Origin: Candidatus Nomurabacteria bacterium
GTDB lineage: Bacteria; Patescibacteriota; Minisyncoccia; Phycocordibacterales; UBA9973
NCBI GenBank assembly: GCA_016199805.1
Contig: JACQGC010000004.1
Location: forward strand, 19,816-83,815
Length of the DNA: 64,000 nt
Direction: 5' to 3'
Notes under the pieces: generated by a model
The model's database searches: none
What the model saw: only the letters and a program-made list of their open reading frames with translations
What the model was told of the DNA's origin: nothing
Program-made: the position numbers and the translations under genes
Shown: positions 34,721 to 44,283 of the stretch, piece by piece
How positions within the stretch are numbered: the stretch's first letter is position 1
How the letters are laid out: each line of letters begins with the position of its first letter

Positions 34721-37693
34721 TTAATTACCTTTTTTAGCTGTTGTTGCCGCTTTTACTGCTTTGTGAGCCCTTGTTCGGGCAACTTTTGCCTTAACAATTT
34801 TTGCAGCACTACTAATTGCACTTCTCCTGCCGCCTACTACATCGTCACTTCCAGTAACATTTACTGTGACAGATGAAGTTCCGGTAACAGTCACATCACC
34901 ACTAACCGAGGTCGCAGTGATGGTAGTTGTTCCAGCGGCTACGCCGGTAACCTTACCAGTGCTGTCTACCGTGGCAATTGTTGTATCACTCGAAGAATAC
35001 GTGGTTGTTGCTCCGACAAAAGCTGCTCCGTTTTGGTCCATCGGTGCAGCGGTTAGTTGTCTCGTTGCTCCGATTGCTACCGAAGCAGTACCTGGAGTAA
35101 CGGAAACACTAGAAAGCGTAATTGGTCCGGTGGCTACAATAACCATCGAGGAAGAAGCTATTTCCCCGGCGTCATTCATGACCGTAAACTTAGCTGTGTA
35201 AGTTCCAGCCACGCTGTAAACATGGCTAAATGTAGCTGTCTGAACGAAAGGAGTTCCAGCAAAAGCCATTGCCCTTAGCGTAGTAGCTGAATCACCCCAG
35301 TCTGCCGCATATGTTAGATTTCCATCTTGAGGATCAAGAGCATTGACAGTAACGGTTTCAGTTTGTCCGGTTGCTATTGTTTTCGGACCGTCAAGACTGG
35401 TGATAACTGGAGTTGTAGCAACAGTTACTGTTGCTGTTCCGGTAACCGTCACACTGCCACTAACTGAAGTCGCGGTGATGGTAGCGGTTCCAAAGTTTAC
35501 TCCGGTAACTTTTCCTGTATTGTCTACGGTGGCGATAGTGTCGTCACTAGAAGAGTATGTGGTTGTAGCTCCCACAAAGACTGCTCCGTTTTGGTCCATA
35601 GGAACACCTGTTATTTGTTGCGTACCCGTTACTGTTACTGAAGAGGTAGCAGGAGTAACGACGACACTTGTGAGAACAGGAACTATTGCAGGCGTCACTG
35701 TTACGGTTGCTGTACCTGTAACTGTAGTCGTGCCGCTGACTGATGTGGCTGTGATTGTAGCTGTACCATCTGCTACTCCCGTAACCATACCTGTTTCTGC
35801 ATTAACTGTAGCGACTGACTCATCGCTTGAAGAGAACGTAGTTGTTGCTCCAACAAAAGCTGTTCCGTTTTGATCAAGCGGACTAGCCGTAAGTTGAGCT
35901 GTTCCTCCGGTTGTTATCGAAGAGGTAGCTGGAGTAACCACGACGCTGGTAAGCGTAGGTGTAGTCGTTGATCCTTGGACGACATGCACGGTAATGGTCG
36001 AGACAGCTGAAGTGCCTGCGGCAGAACTTACCGTGAATGTTACGGTGTAAGTTCCAACAACACTATATGCGTGCGTAAATGTTGCTGTTTGCACAAAGAT
36101 TGGCGCCAAGGCCGCGCGCCTTATGCCTGCCGTGTCTCCCCAATCAACTGCATAAGTTAGAGTCCCATTTTGTGGGTCGGAAGCATTTACTTTCCAAGTA
36201 CCCACTTGTCCGGTTTTAATAACTGTTGGCGCAGTAATGCCAGAGATATTCGGCAAAGTGCTACCGCCACCAGTGACGGCAGTCACAGTTACTGTTGCTG
36301 TGTCAGAAACAGTTGTTGTTCCACTCACTGAAGTCGCGGTGATGGTAGCTGTTCCGGCAGCTACACCTGTAACCATTCCGGTTCCTGCATCAACTGTGGC
36401 GATGGTTGTATCGCTGGAAGCGAAGGTTGTCGTTGCACCGACAAACGCCGCTCCGGTTTCATCGAGAGGTGCAGCTGTCAGTTGTGTTGTTCCTCCGACA
36501 GCTACTGAAGGAGTAGCTGGAGTCACTGTGACAGAAGTTAGAACCGGGGTAACTGTTGCGGGTCCGACGGTGACTACCGTAGTACCTGTAACTGTAACAT
36601 CCCCACTCACTGCAGTTGCAGTAATTGTAGATGTTCCATCGGCGACACCTGTAACCATACCTGTATTGTCTACTGTGGCAACTGCTGTGTCACTGGATGC
36701 GAATGTAGTTGTTGCTCCGACGAAAGGTTTTCCGTCTTGATTAAGAGGTGCAGCGACTACAGGCAAAGTTCCTCCGACATCCACAGAAGGGGTGGCTGGA
36801 GTCACGTTGACACTAGTCAAAACAGGAGCTGCTACAGTAACTGTGGCTGTTCCAGTAACGGTAACTGTTCCACTCACCGAACTTGCAGTGATGGTAGCTG
36901 TACCAGGAGCTACTGCTGTAACCATTCCGGCATTGTCCACTGTGGCAACATTTACATCACTGGAAGTAAATGTAGTTGTTGCTCCGACGAAAGCTGTTCC
37001 ATTTTGATCCATCGGTGCAGCTGTGAGTTGAGCTGTATCTCCCGTCGCGATTGAAGAGGTAGCAGGAGTTACAGTCACACTTGTCAAAACCGGAGTTACT
37101 ACGACCGGGGTCACTGTAACTATAGAAGTTCCCGTAACCGTCACACTACCACTAACCGAAGTAGCGGTAACTGTGGCCGTACCAGCCGCGACACCGGTAA
37201 CCATTCCGGTGTTATCAACCGTCGCAACTGTTGCATCACTAGAAGCGAAGGTTGTCGTTGCTCCGACAAAAGCTGTTCCATTTTCATCCAATGGTGCAGC
37301 TATCAGCTGTGTCATTGCACCGACCTCTACAGAAGAAGGATTTGGGGTCACGGTGACACTAGTCAGAACGTGAGCGTCTGTCAGTGTACCTATGATGTCA
37401 CTTGCCACGACACTCAAAACCTGACTACCATGTCCCGAGTTATTTAATACAGTTGTGCCATCAATACCACACATTTGCGTGATAGTAGCTACCCCGCCGG
37501 GATGTTGAGAAATGTAGCTGGTTAAATTGTAAACATTGTTGTTTACAACCGTCCAACAATCTGCCGCTGTGCTGTGTGCCGCTACATCCGCCAAGGTAAA
37601 GGTGGCTGCTTGGGCAACATTTGCGTTGAACCCAAAAGCAACTAATGCTAAAACAAGGAGTGTTTGTCCTAATAGATTTATTTTATTTTTCAT
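34721..37693 (-). CDS. giant surface protein: N-terminal cytochrome b5-like heme-binding domain + ~9 Big_2 (bacterial Ig-like) repeats + basic C-terminal tail
   Basis: HSTAADCWTVVNNNVYNLTSYISQHPGG (cyt b5-like H..DCW...VY..T....HPGG); repeated VTVTPATSS..G.TAQLTAAPMDQNGTAFVGATTTF.SSD..VATVD..GMVTGVA.GTATITATSVSGTVTVTG units. Confidence 0.7.
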   Translation of the reverse strand: MKNKINLLGQTLLVLALVAFGFNANVAQAATFTLADVAAHSTAADCWTVVNNNVYNLTSYISQHPGGVATITQMCGIDGTTVLNNSGHGSQVLSVVASDIIGTLTDAHVLTSVTVTPNPSSVEVGAMTQLIAAPLDENGTAFVGATTTFASSDATVATVDNTGMVTGVAAGTATVTATSVSGSVTVTGTSIVTVTPVVVTPVLTSVTVTPATSSIATGDTAQLTAAPMDQNGTAFVGATTTFTSSDVNVATVDNAGMVTAVAPGTATITASSVSGTVTVTGTATVTVAAPVLTSVNVTPATPSVDVGGTLPVVAAPLNQDGKPFVGATTTFASSDTAVATVDNTGMVTGVADGTSTITATAVSGDVTVTGTTVVTVGPATVTPVLTSVTVTPATPSVAVGGTTQLTAAPLDETGAAFVGATTTFASSDTTIATVDAGTGMVTGVAAGTATITATSVSGTTTVSDTATVTVTAVTGGGSTLPNISGITAPTVIKTGQVGTWKVNASDPQNGTLTYAVDWGDTAGIRRAALAPIFVQTATFTHAYSVVGTYTVTFTVSSAAGTSAVSTITVHVVQGSTTTPTLTSVVVTPATSSITTGGTAQLTASPLDQNGTAFVGATTTFSSSDESVATVNAETGMVTGVADGTATITATSVSGTTTVTGTATVTVTPAIVPVLTSVVVTPATSSVTVTGTQQITGVPMDQNGAVFVGATTTYSSSDDTIATVDNTGKVTGVNFGTATITATSVSGSVTVTGTATVTVATTPVITSLDGPKTIATGQTETVTVNALDPQDGNLTYAADWGDSATTLRAMAFAGTPFVQTATFSHVYSVAGTYTAKFTVMNDAGEIASSSMVIVATGPITLSSVSVTPGTASVAIGATRQLTAAPMDQNGAAFVGATTTYSSSDTTIATVDSTGKVTGVAAGTTTITATSVSGDVTVTGTSSVTVNVTGSDDVVGGRRSAISSAAKIVKAKVARTRAHKAVKAATTAKKGN

Positions 37694-37852
37694 ATACTTT
37701 TACAATTATTAATAATATTGTTAATGCTAATAATGATAAATTAAGTACGCTCAATTTTTACTTGCGTGACCAGCGCAATATAAAAATACAAACATACTGT
37801 GACCAATTATCACTTTGTAACATTAAAAAATGGTGAAAGATATTTAGTTTTT

Positions 37853-38821
37853 CTATTCCAGAATAAGCTTTTTGAACTCTTCCACCATAGGTACTTGCTC
37901 GGGTTCGAGTCCATACGAGAGTGCTGTGTAATACGCCGTCCAATCGGCCAAAATAAGTGAAGAGAAAATCTTCAGCCAGATGTTTTTTTCGTTTAATTCC
38001 AGGGTTTCTACTTTTAAATTTCGGTCTTTGTACAATTTTTCCAGCACTTTTGTCCTTTTGATAATTTCCGGGTTGTCTGTTATGTCCCTTAGAACTATAA
38101 AACAGAATTTGTTGCTTAATTCTCTGGTGGAATCTTTCACATCAAAACCATTCATCTCGTTGTGATTCAGTTCAGGCAAGACATTATAAAAGGCGGGAAT
38201 CTTGCCCGTCTCATTCAGTTTTATTTTCCAGTTATAGGCTACAGACGAATTGCGGTTTGAGGAATAAATAACCGGGACACAATTTTTTATTTTTTCTGCC
38301 AGCATTTTTCCTTTTTCTTCAAAATCAGACGGTTTTAAAGTTGTTGCCAGTTCTGTTATGTTTTTGAGTTCACTTTCTTCCCCCATCAGTTTTAAAAATG
38401 CTTTGATGGAAAAACCCAAAGCCGAGCGCGGTTGTATTTTTGTGTCCGGCAATTGTATATATGGAATATTGTTTTCCTTGGCCAACGCGAGCAATTTGCC
38501 ACCGACGGCAACAACCGCCATGCTTATATTTTTATTTTTTGCTTCATTGAAAGCTTCAATCACTTCTTCGGTGTTGCCGGAATAAGAACTCAAAATGACG
38601 AGTTTGCTTTTTAGTTCTTCCGTCGTAAATCCTTCCAATCCGTAATCGGTGCGGACACTGACATCAATATCCGGCTTCCAAGTTTTTAATAATTTTGCCG
38701 CCAGAGCGGAGCCGCCCATGCCAACGACGATAAAACCGGGGGTTTTCGTCAAAAACTCCCCATTTATAATTTCCGGCCCGTAAGAAAACTGTGTATTGAA
38801 ATTTTTAATTGCTTCATACAT
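37853..38821 (-). CDS. SIS-domain bifunctional phosphoglucose/phosphomannose isomerase-like
   Basis: GMGGSALAAKLLK and a second SIS half; ~322 aa. Confidence 0.6.
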   Translation of the reverse strand: MYEAIKNFNTQFSYGPEIINGEFLTKTPGFIVVGMGGSALAAKLLKTWKPDIDVSVRTDYGLEGFTTEELKSKLVILSSYSGNTEEVIEAFNEAKNKNISMAVVAVGGKLLALAKENNIPYIQLPDTKIQPRSALGFSIKAFLKLMGEESELKNITELATTLKPSDFEEKGKMLAEKIKNCVPVIYSSNRNSSVAYNWKIKLNETGKIPAFYNVLPELNHNEMNGFDVKDSTRELSNKFCFIVLRDITDNPEIIKRTKVLEKLYKDRNLKVETLELNEKNIWLKIFSSLILADWTAYYTALSYGLEPEQVPMVEEFKKLILE

Positions 38822-38843
38822 ATGTTGTTGGTATAATTATAGC

Positions 38844-39326
38844 ATGAATCCAAATCAAAAATTAAGTTGGTCTGCGTTGGAATACGAAGAGAAGGAACGC
38901 AGTTCGGATTGGTTTTGGGCTCTCGGCATCATTGTGGTTACCAGCTCCATCGCCGCTATTATTTTTGGTAATTACTTTTTTGCGACCTTGCTCATTTTGA
39001 GCGGAGTGCTCCTCGGTTTCTTTGCCGTAAAAAAACCGGATATGGTTTTTTATGAATTAAGTGAAAAGGGTTTGCAAATCCGCGACCGTATCTATCCTTA
39101 TGAAAATATAAAATCTTTTTGGGTACAGGTGGGAGCGTCGCCCGAGGCTAACATCAAGCCATTATTCTTCATCCACACCGAGAGAATTTTTATGCCGATA
39201 ATAAGCATCCCGATACATGAAGATATGGCGGAAGAAATACACTCAATAATGCTCGACCAAAATATTCCGGAGGTGGAAATGCGCGAGCACCCATCGGAAA
39301 AAATAATGGAAGTGCTTGGCTTTTAA
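38844..39326 (+). CDS. hypothetical membrane protein
   Basis: Two TM helices (WFWALGIIVVTSSIAAIIFG, FFATLLILSGVLLGFFAV); start taken at MNPNQK. Confidence 0.35.
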   Translation: MNPNQKLSWSALEYEEKERSSDWFWALGIIVVTSSIAAIIFGNYFFATLLILSGVLLGFFAVKKPDMVFYELSEKGLQIRDRIYPYENIKSFWVQVGASPEANIKPLFFIHTERIFMPIISIPIHEDMAEEIHSIMLDQNIPEVEMREHPSEKIMEVLGF

Positions 39327-39353
39327 AATAAAAACTGTTAATCTAAAAAAATA

Positions 39354-39428
39354 GCCCTCATAGTTTAATGGATAGAATGCGAGCTTGCGGAGTTTGCGAT
39401 GTAGGTTCGATTCCTACTGAGGGCACCA
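39354..39428 (+). tRNA. tRNA-Arg-like (anticodon reads GCG; anticodon stem is G-U rich), CCA encoded
   Basis: Paralogous to tRNA-Arg(TCT) in acceptor, D and T arms; anticodon loop TTGCGGA; 19-nt 3'-end sequence repeated ~110 nt downstream. Confidence 0.55.
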
Positions 39429-39703
39429 GCACGAATGAAGCCAATTGATTGGCTTCATGTAGGAAGCGAAAAGCTTTTCCTTATTTTTTATTTATAAAAA
39501 ATGGAAAAGGTGTACTGTTCTCGTAGAGAAAGATTTCCTACTGAGGGCACCAGAAATTTCTCGTTTTAAATAACTGTTACCGCACAAAAGCAGTATAAAA
39601 ATATATTTGACATTTGTGCATGTCTATGCTACAATCTTGATGGAATTATCTGGCGGGTTTTTACCGCCAAACCCTAAGTTCTCGAAAATTTAACAGGAGA
39701 AAT

Positions 39704-40450
39704 ATGACGAAAAACGTGTTGTTTGTGCTGTTGATTTTGGCGCTGGGCTTCTCGGCCTATGCGCAGGGACCTACACCTCCGGCCACAGAACCCACTGCCC
39801 CTCAAGAAGTAGCTGCTCCCGCATCCATCACCACGGCGCCGCTAGTCGACTACTGGAAGACCGCTGATGAATGCTTGGTTCTTGGACCTCGCACCCCTTT
39901 CTACCACCCCACCAAAACCCACGCACAGAAGTTGGGTAAAAATGAAGTGGTAGCAGGGTTGCCGCAATCCGGTTGCATTGAAATGGACCTTCCCGACCGA
40001 TTTGGGAAAAAAGGGTTCGTTCCAATTGAGACTGGTCGGCCGTTCGTCTATGACAAAACGAACGGCAAGATGTTGAGAATGCAGGAATGCAACAACAAGG
40101 CGTATTCCTTTATTCCATTCCCCACCCCACCCCCGCCCACCAACGGCATCGACGGCAAAGATGGCGCCAACGGCAAGGACGGACGTGATGGTGTCAACGG
40201 CATCAACGGTCGGGATGGTAAGGACGGTAGGGACGGAACTAGTTACATTCCACCCGCTCGTGTCAACACCCAACCCAGGAAGGGTTGGTTCGCTCGTCAC
40301 TGGAAGCCGGTTCTGGTTTTCGCTGCCGCTGTCGCAATCGGGGGAGAAGAAGCCGCGCGTCGCGCAGGTCGTGGTCAACATCCCACCCCAACCCCAACCA
40401 CCCCCACGGGACCCGGCGTCGTGACCAACCCCCCGGGCGCGGGTAAGTAG
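39704..40450 (+). CDS. collagen-like (G-X-Y repeat) secreted protein with C-terminal TM anchor
   Basis: Signal peptide; GIDGKDGANGKDGRDGVNGINGRDGKDGRDG; C-terminal WKPVLVFAAAVAIGG; GC-rich. Confidence 0.7.
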   Translation: MTKNVLFVLLILALGFSAYAQGPTPPATEPTAPQEVAAPASITTAPLVDYWKTADECLVLGPRTPFYHPTKTHAQKLGKNEVVAGLPQSGCIEMDLPDRFGKKGFVPIETGRPFVYDKTNGKMLRMQECNNKAYSFIPFPTPPPPTNGIDGKDGANGKDGRDGVNGINGRDGKDGRDGTSYIPPARVNTQPRKGWFARHWKPVLVFAAAVAIGGEEAARRAGRGQHPTPTPTTPTGPGVVTNPPGAGK

Positions 40451-40615
40451 TTCATTTTAGTTTCTCCTAGCATCATCGCGCAGGAGGGAGAGTGTTGGAA
40501 ACTCGCTCCTTCCTGCACTCTTCAAAGTTATGACAAATGGTTCATAATTTCGAAGAGTGAAAAAGCGATTTTTTATTCTTGACAATTTTAATAATTTAAG
40601 TAAATATCAAATCTT

Positions 40616-43162
40616 ATGAAGACAAAAATACAACAATTTATATTTGCAGTCGCAATATTATCCATATTTTTTACGGGTGCCACCAACGCTTCGGCACAGT
40701 ATGCCGTGCCCACCTGCAGTAGTGCTACCTTAAACGGCACGGTTATCCCAAACGGGGCAAGCACCATAGCCTGGTTTGACTGGGGAGTAGGCAGTTCTCT
40801 CGCCAACCACACCGATCCTCAGACTTTTTCTACAACACAAGCCTACAGCCAGGTGATATATAACCTTCAGCAAAACACCACTTATTCTTTTCGAGCGATG
40901 GCTTCAAATGTCAACGGCACTGCGACTGGGCAAACTTTTACCTTTACGACTTCTTCATGCAACACAACACCGCAAACTTGCCAAGACCCAGCGGCCACAA
41001 ACTTTGGCGGACCGTTGCCTTGCACTTATCCTACCGCACAGCTTTGCCAAGATCCAACTGCAACTAATTACCATGGACCTTTGCCCTGCACCTACCCTCC
41101 TCAACTGTGTCAGGACCCCACTGCAAATAATTATGGCGGACCATTGCCTTGCACATATCCTACTCCTGTAAACAAAACCGCCACTCTTTCAATAAATAAA
41201 ACCGCCTTCAAAGTAGGAGAAAACTGGACATTGTCTATAAATTCAAATATCTACAATGGCACGGTGACAATCTGCTCCAGAATTCCATCTCCTTCCGGTA
41301 ATTCTTGCACCCCGGCAGCCAACTTGGGTTTTTCTGCAAACACAAATTCATACGGCAGTTGGTCCGGAAGCGGTTCTCATGCCACAAGCGCAATAGGCTC
41401 CTGGGATGAGTACGCTATAGTTAGTGGCACAAATACCAACGATATTTATTTCACAGTAGCAGACCAGGTTCCTCAAAATCTTCCCATGTCCGGTACCCTC
41501 ACCCCGGCGACCTCAAACTGTGTCATCACTGCCGGACAAAACAGTTGTACTATTAATTTCACTTGGAACACTATAAATCCGGTGGCGACTTCATCTGTAA
41601 CCAGCGCCGGAGTAACGGTGGCAAATGGCAACTCCAGCCCCAGCCCCTTCCCTTTTGTGATTCCGTTCGGAAGCAAAACATTTTATCTTTACAACAATGC
41701 CATCTTGCTGGCCCAGAGCACTGTTTCTGCGCTCTGTGCTTCGGGGACAAGTTGGAACGGAGGCGTATGCCAGACTAGCACCACTCCTGTTCAAACTTGC
41801 CAAGACCCATCTGCGACAAATTACGGAGGAACACTACCTTGTAGATATTCACAGCCCACTTCCAGCGTCAGTGCTGGCGTAAACTACGTCTATGGAACAA
41901 ACACCAACACGAATACCAGTACCGGTGGTACAAGTACAAACACCAACACAAGCACTGGTGGCACAAGTACCAACACCAATACAAACACGAATAACAACAA
42001 TCCAATCATCAACGTAAATGTAAACGGAGGTGGCGATGGCGTCATTACTCAGACCTGCCGAGACACCAGCGCAACCAACTATGGAGGATCGTTGCCATGT
42101 AATTATTATTACGCTCCGCAAGTTTGCCAAGATTCATCTGCTATAAATTATCACGGAACATTGCCTTGCACCTACTACAACTACAACTACAACTATCAAA
42201 CTTGTCAGGACCCAAGCGCCATAAATTACCGAGGAATTTTGCCTTGCACATATTATAATTACAACAATTATAATAACGTTCAAACTTACCAAAATAATTT
42301 TAGTACTGGCCAACAGCCTACAGTCGTAGTCTTTGCCAACCATGCTACTGTTCCTTACAACAGTGCAGCCACCGTGAGTTGGATTACTACCAACGCAACT
42401 TCTTGTTCCGCCTCTGGTGGTTCAACCGGCTGGGCGGGAGTAAAAAGCATCGGCCCTGGAAGTTTTTACACCGGCTCACTTACCTCGAGCCAGACTTACA
42501 CTCTTACCTGTAATAATAATTTCGGATCGGCTACCGACAGCGTGACAGTGAATGTCACCAGGCAAACCGTTATCACTCCCGGCAATCCGATAACTCCAAC
42601 TTCTTTAGTGCTTATTACTTCTTCCATCGACCGAAATCAGCCGATAGTGCCGACATTGGACAATAGCCGTCCACACCCAGGTGATGAAATCAATTACACT
42701 GTCAGTTATCAAAATGTGGGAACCGGTTCAATCACTGGACTCACTCTCAGGATAAATCTTCCCCCGGAAGTGGACTATATGTTTTCCACCCCAAATAATC
42801 CGATTGTAACCGGGCAAACATTGATCTTTAATTTGGGAACCTTGAGAGCCAACGGACAGGGTACGGTTACTGCCAGAGTGCGAGTCCGAGACAATATTCC
42901 CGAAAACACAAACTTGGACTTTCCGGCGACTCTTTCCTATATAGACCCTTCCGGAATTCCTCAGTCCGTAGTGGCCAATGTTTCCGCGCAAGTATGGCAA
43001 AATCCCGCAAAAATAAACGCAAACACTTCAGCCTTGGGCGCGGGCATATTCGGATCCGGAATATTCTTGCCGGTCACTCTGCTTGGTTGGTTGATATTGA
43101 TTATTCTTATTCTCATCCTTATATATTTGAGCAGACACGCATACGCTCAATATAAAAAATAA
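40616..43162 (+). CDS. large secreted protein with ~8 copies of a 2-Cys repeat (CQDPSATNYGGxLPCTY) and C-terminal TM anchor
   Basis: Signal peptide; repeats at ~40975-41170 and ~41800-42250; NT/ST low-complexity linker; C-terminal LPVTLLGWLILIILILILIYL. Confidence 0.6.
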   Translation: MKTKIQQFIFAVAILSIFFTGATNASAQYAVPTCSSATLNGTVIPNGASTIAWFDWGVGSSLANHTDPQTFSTTQAYSQVIYNLQQNTTYSFRAMASNVNGTATGQTFTFTTSSCNTTPQTCQDPAATNFGGPLPCTYPTAQLCQDPTATNYHGPLPCTYPPQLCQDPTANNYGGPLPCTYPTPVNKTATLSINKTAFKVGENWTLSINSNIYNGTVTICSRIPSPSGNSCTPAANLGFSANTNSYGSWSGSGSHATSAIGSWDEYAIVSGTNTNDIYFTVADQVPQNLPMSGTLTPATSNCVITAGQNSCTINFTWNTINPVATSSVTSAGVTVANGNSSPSPFPFVIPFGSKTFYLYNNAILLAQSTVSALCASGTSWNGGVCQTSTTPVQTCQDPSATNYGGTLPCRYSQPTSSVSAGVNYVYGTNTNTNTSTGGTSTNTNTSTGGTSTNTNTNTNNNNPIINVNVNGGGDGVITQTCRDTSATNYGGSLPCNYYYAPQVCQDSSAINYHGTLPCTYYNYNYNYQTCQDPSAINYRGILPCTYYNYNNYNNVQTYQNNFSTGQQPTVVVFANHATVPYNSAATVSWITTNATSCSASGGSTGWAGVKSIGPGSFYTGSLTSSQTYTLTCNNNFGSATDSVTVNVTRQTVITPGNPITPTSLVLITSSIDRNQPIVPTLDNSRPHPGDEINYTVSYQNVGTGSITGLTLRINLPPEVDYMFSTPNNPIVTGQTLIFNLGTLRANGQGTVTARVRVRDNIPENTNLDFPATLSYIDPSGIPQSVVANVSAQVWQNPAKINANTSALGAGIFGSGIFLPVTLLGWLILIILILILIYLSRHAYAQYKK

Positions 43163-43236
43163 ATAATTACGGCTTAAAGCAAGAAATTCCATCTAAGTGG
43201 AATTTCTTGCTTTTTAGTTTGTGGTATATTGATGTT

Positions 43237-43800
43237 ATGTCAGGAGAATCCGACGCAGACATAATTATTTCATATAAAAACGGCAACGAAGAAGCATTCA
43301 AGGAATTGGTAAACCGCTACAGCGCACCACTCTTCAATTTTACTGCTCGCATAGGCGGACGAAATGAGGCCCCCGATATTGTGCAAGAAACTTTCATAAA
43401 AGTCTGGAAAAGTATTTTTCGTTTTGACCAAAACAAAGCCAGCTTTAAAACCTGGATTTTTACCATAGCAAAAAATACCACTACGGACTTTTTAAGGAAA
43501 AAGAAAAGTATTTTATTTACCGATTTGGAAAAAAATAAAGACGAGGAAATGATTTCTTTTGCCGAAAACATACCGGACGAGAATTTATTACCCGACTTGG
43601 TGCTACAAAAAATGGAAGATAGCCAGCTTTTAAACAAAACACTGGAAAAACTGCGCCTAGATTATAGGGAAGTTTTAATCTTGCATTACCAAGAAGAAAT
43701 GACTTTTGAAGAAATAGGACGTGTGCTCAACAAACCCCTAAACACCGTCAAAAGCCAACACCGTAGGGCGTTGATGGAACTGCGTAAATTACTTGAATAA
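43237..43800 (+). CDS. ECF-type sigma-70 family RNA polymerase sigma factor
   Basis: Region 2 DIVQETFIKVWKSI and region 4 HTH MTFEEIGRVLNKPLNTVKSQHRRALMELRK. Confidence 0.85.
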   Translation: MSGESDADIIISYKNGNEEAFKELVNRYSAPLFNFTARIGGRNEAPDIVQETFIKVWKSIFRFDQNKASFKTWIFTIAKNTTTDFLRKKKSILFTDLEKNKDEEMISFAENIPDENLLPDLVLQKMEDSQLLNKTLEKLRLDYREVLILHYQEEMTFEEIGRVLNKPLNTVKSQHRRALMELRKLLE

Positions 43801-43870
43801 GGTGAAATTGCACCAAAGCATTTCTCCCATGCGTATACATAGCCGTAAAACAATCAATTATTAAAATGTT

Positions 43871-44281
43871 ATGAAAGACAAAATAACCACAATATTTCAA
43901 AAAGCTGCATACTCACCCGAGCCGGAGTTGGCTTTGGCTGTTTGGAGTTCGGTAATTGCCCAAGAGAGAAAACAAACCAGATTAAAATTGTGGGCTTTTG
44001 GGTTTACGGGGCTTGCTTCCCTTACAGGTTTAGTGCCAGCCTTCAAAATATTGTTTACTGATTTGTCACAGTCCGGTTTTTACGAGTATTTCTCTCTCCT
44101 ATTCTCAGACACCGGGTCTGTAGTTACTTATTGGAAGGAATTTTCTTTTTCTTTGGCTGAAGCTTTACCGGTGATTAGCACAATCCTTACCCTTTCCCTT
44201 CTGTTTGTGTGTTTCTTGTCTTTAAAATATTTAATGAAGCAAATTATTAGAAGTCAGTTAACATTTAACGCCGCACTTTAA
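43871..44281 (+). CDS. putative anti-sigma factor/membrane protein co-transcribed with the ECF sigma
   Basis: 136 aa with TM helices, directly downstream of the sigma factor. Confidence 0.35.
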   Translation: MKDKITTIFQKAAYSPEPELALAVWSSVIAQERKQTRLKLWAFGFTGLASLTGLVPAFKILFTDLSQSGFYEYFSLLFSDTGSVVTYWKEFSFSLAEALPVISTILTLSLLFVCFLSLKYLMKQIIRSQLTFNAAL

Positions 44282-44283
44282 TT

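Noticed and set aside
34866-37373. Numerous plus-strand ORFs (e.g. 34866-35201, 35343-35873, 36237-36740, 36792-37007, 37173-37373) antisense to the Big_2 repeat gene
   Set aside because: They are mirror-frame artefacts of a GC-rich, Thr/Val/Ala-rich repetitive coding region. Their products are low-complexity (VTVTV...) and they overlap the 990-aa minus-strand CDS entirely.
43207-43236. First 10 codons of the sigma-factor ORF (MLFSLWYIDV)
   Set aside because: This is likely upstream read-through. The second Met (MSGESDADII..) gives a typical ECF sigma N-terminus, and the earlier part overlaps a putative terminator/promoter region after the CQDP-repeat gene.
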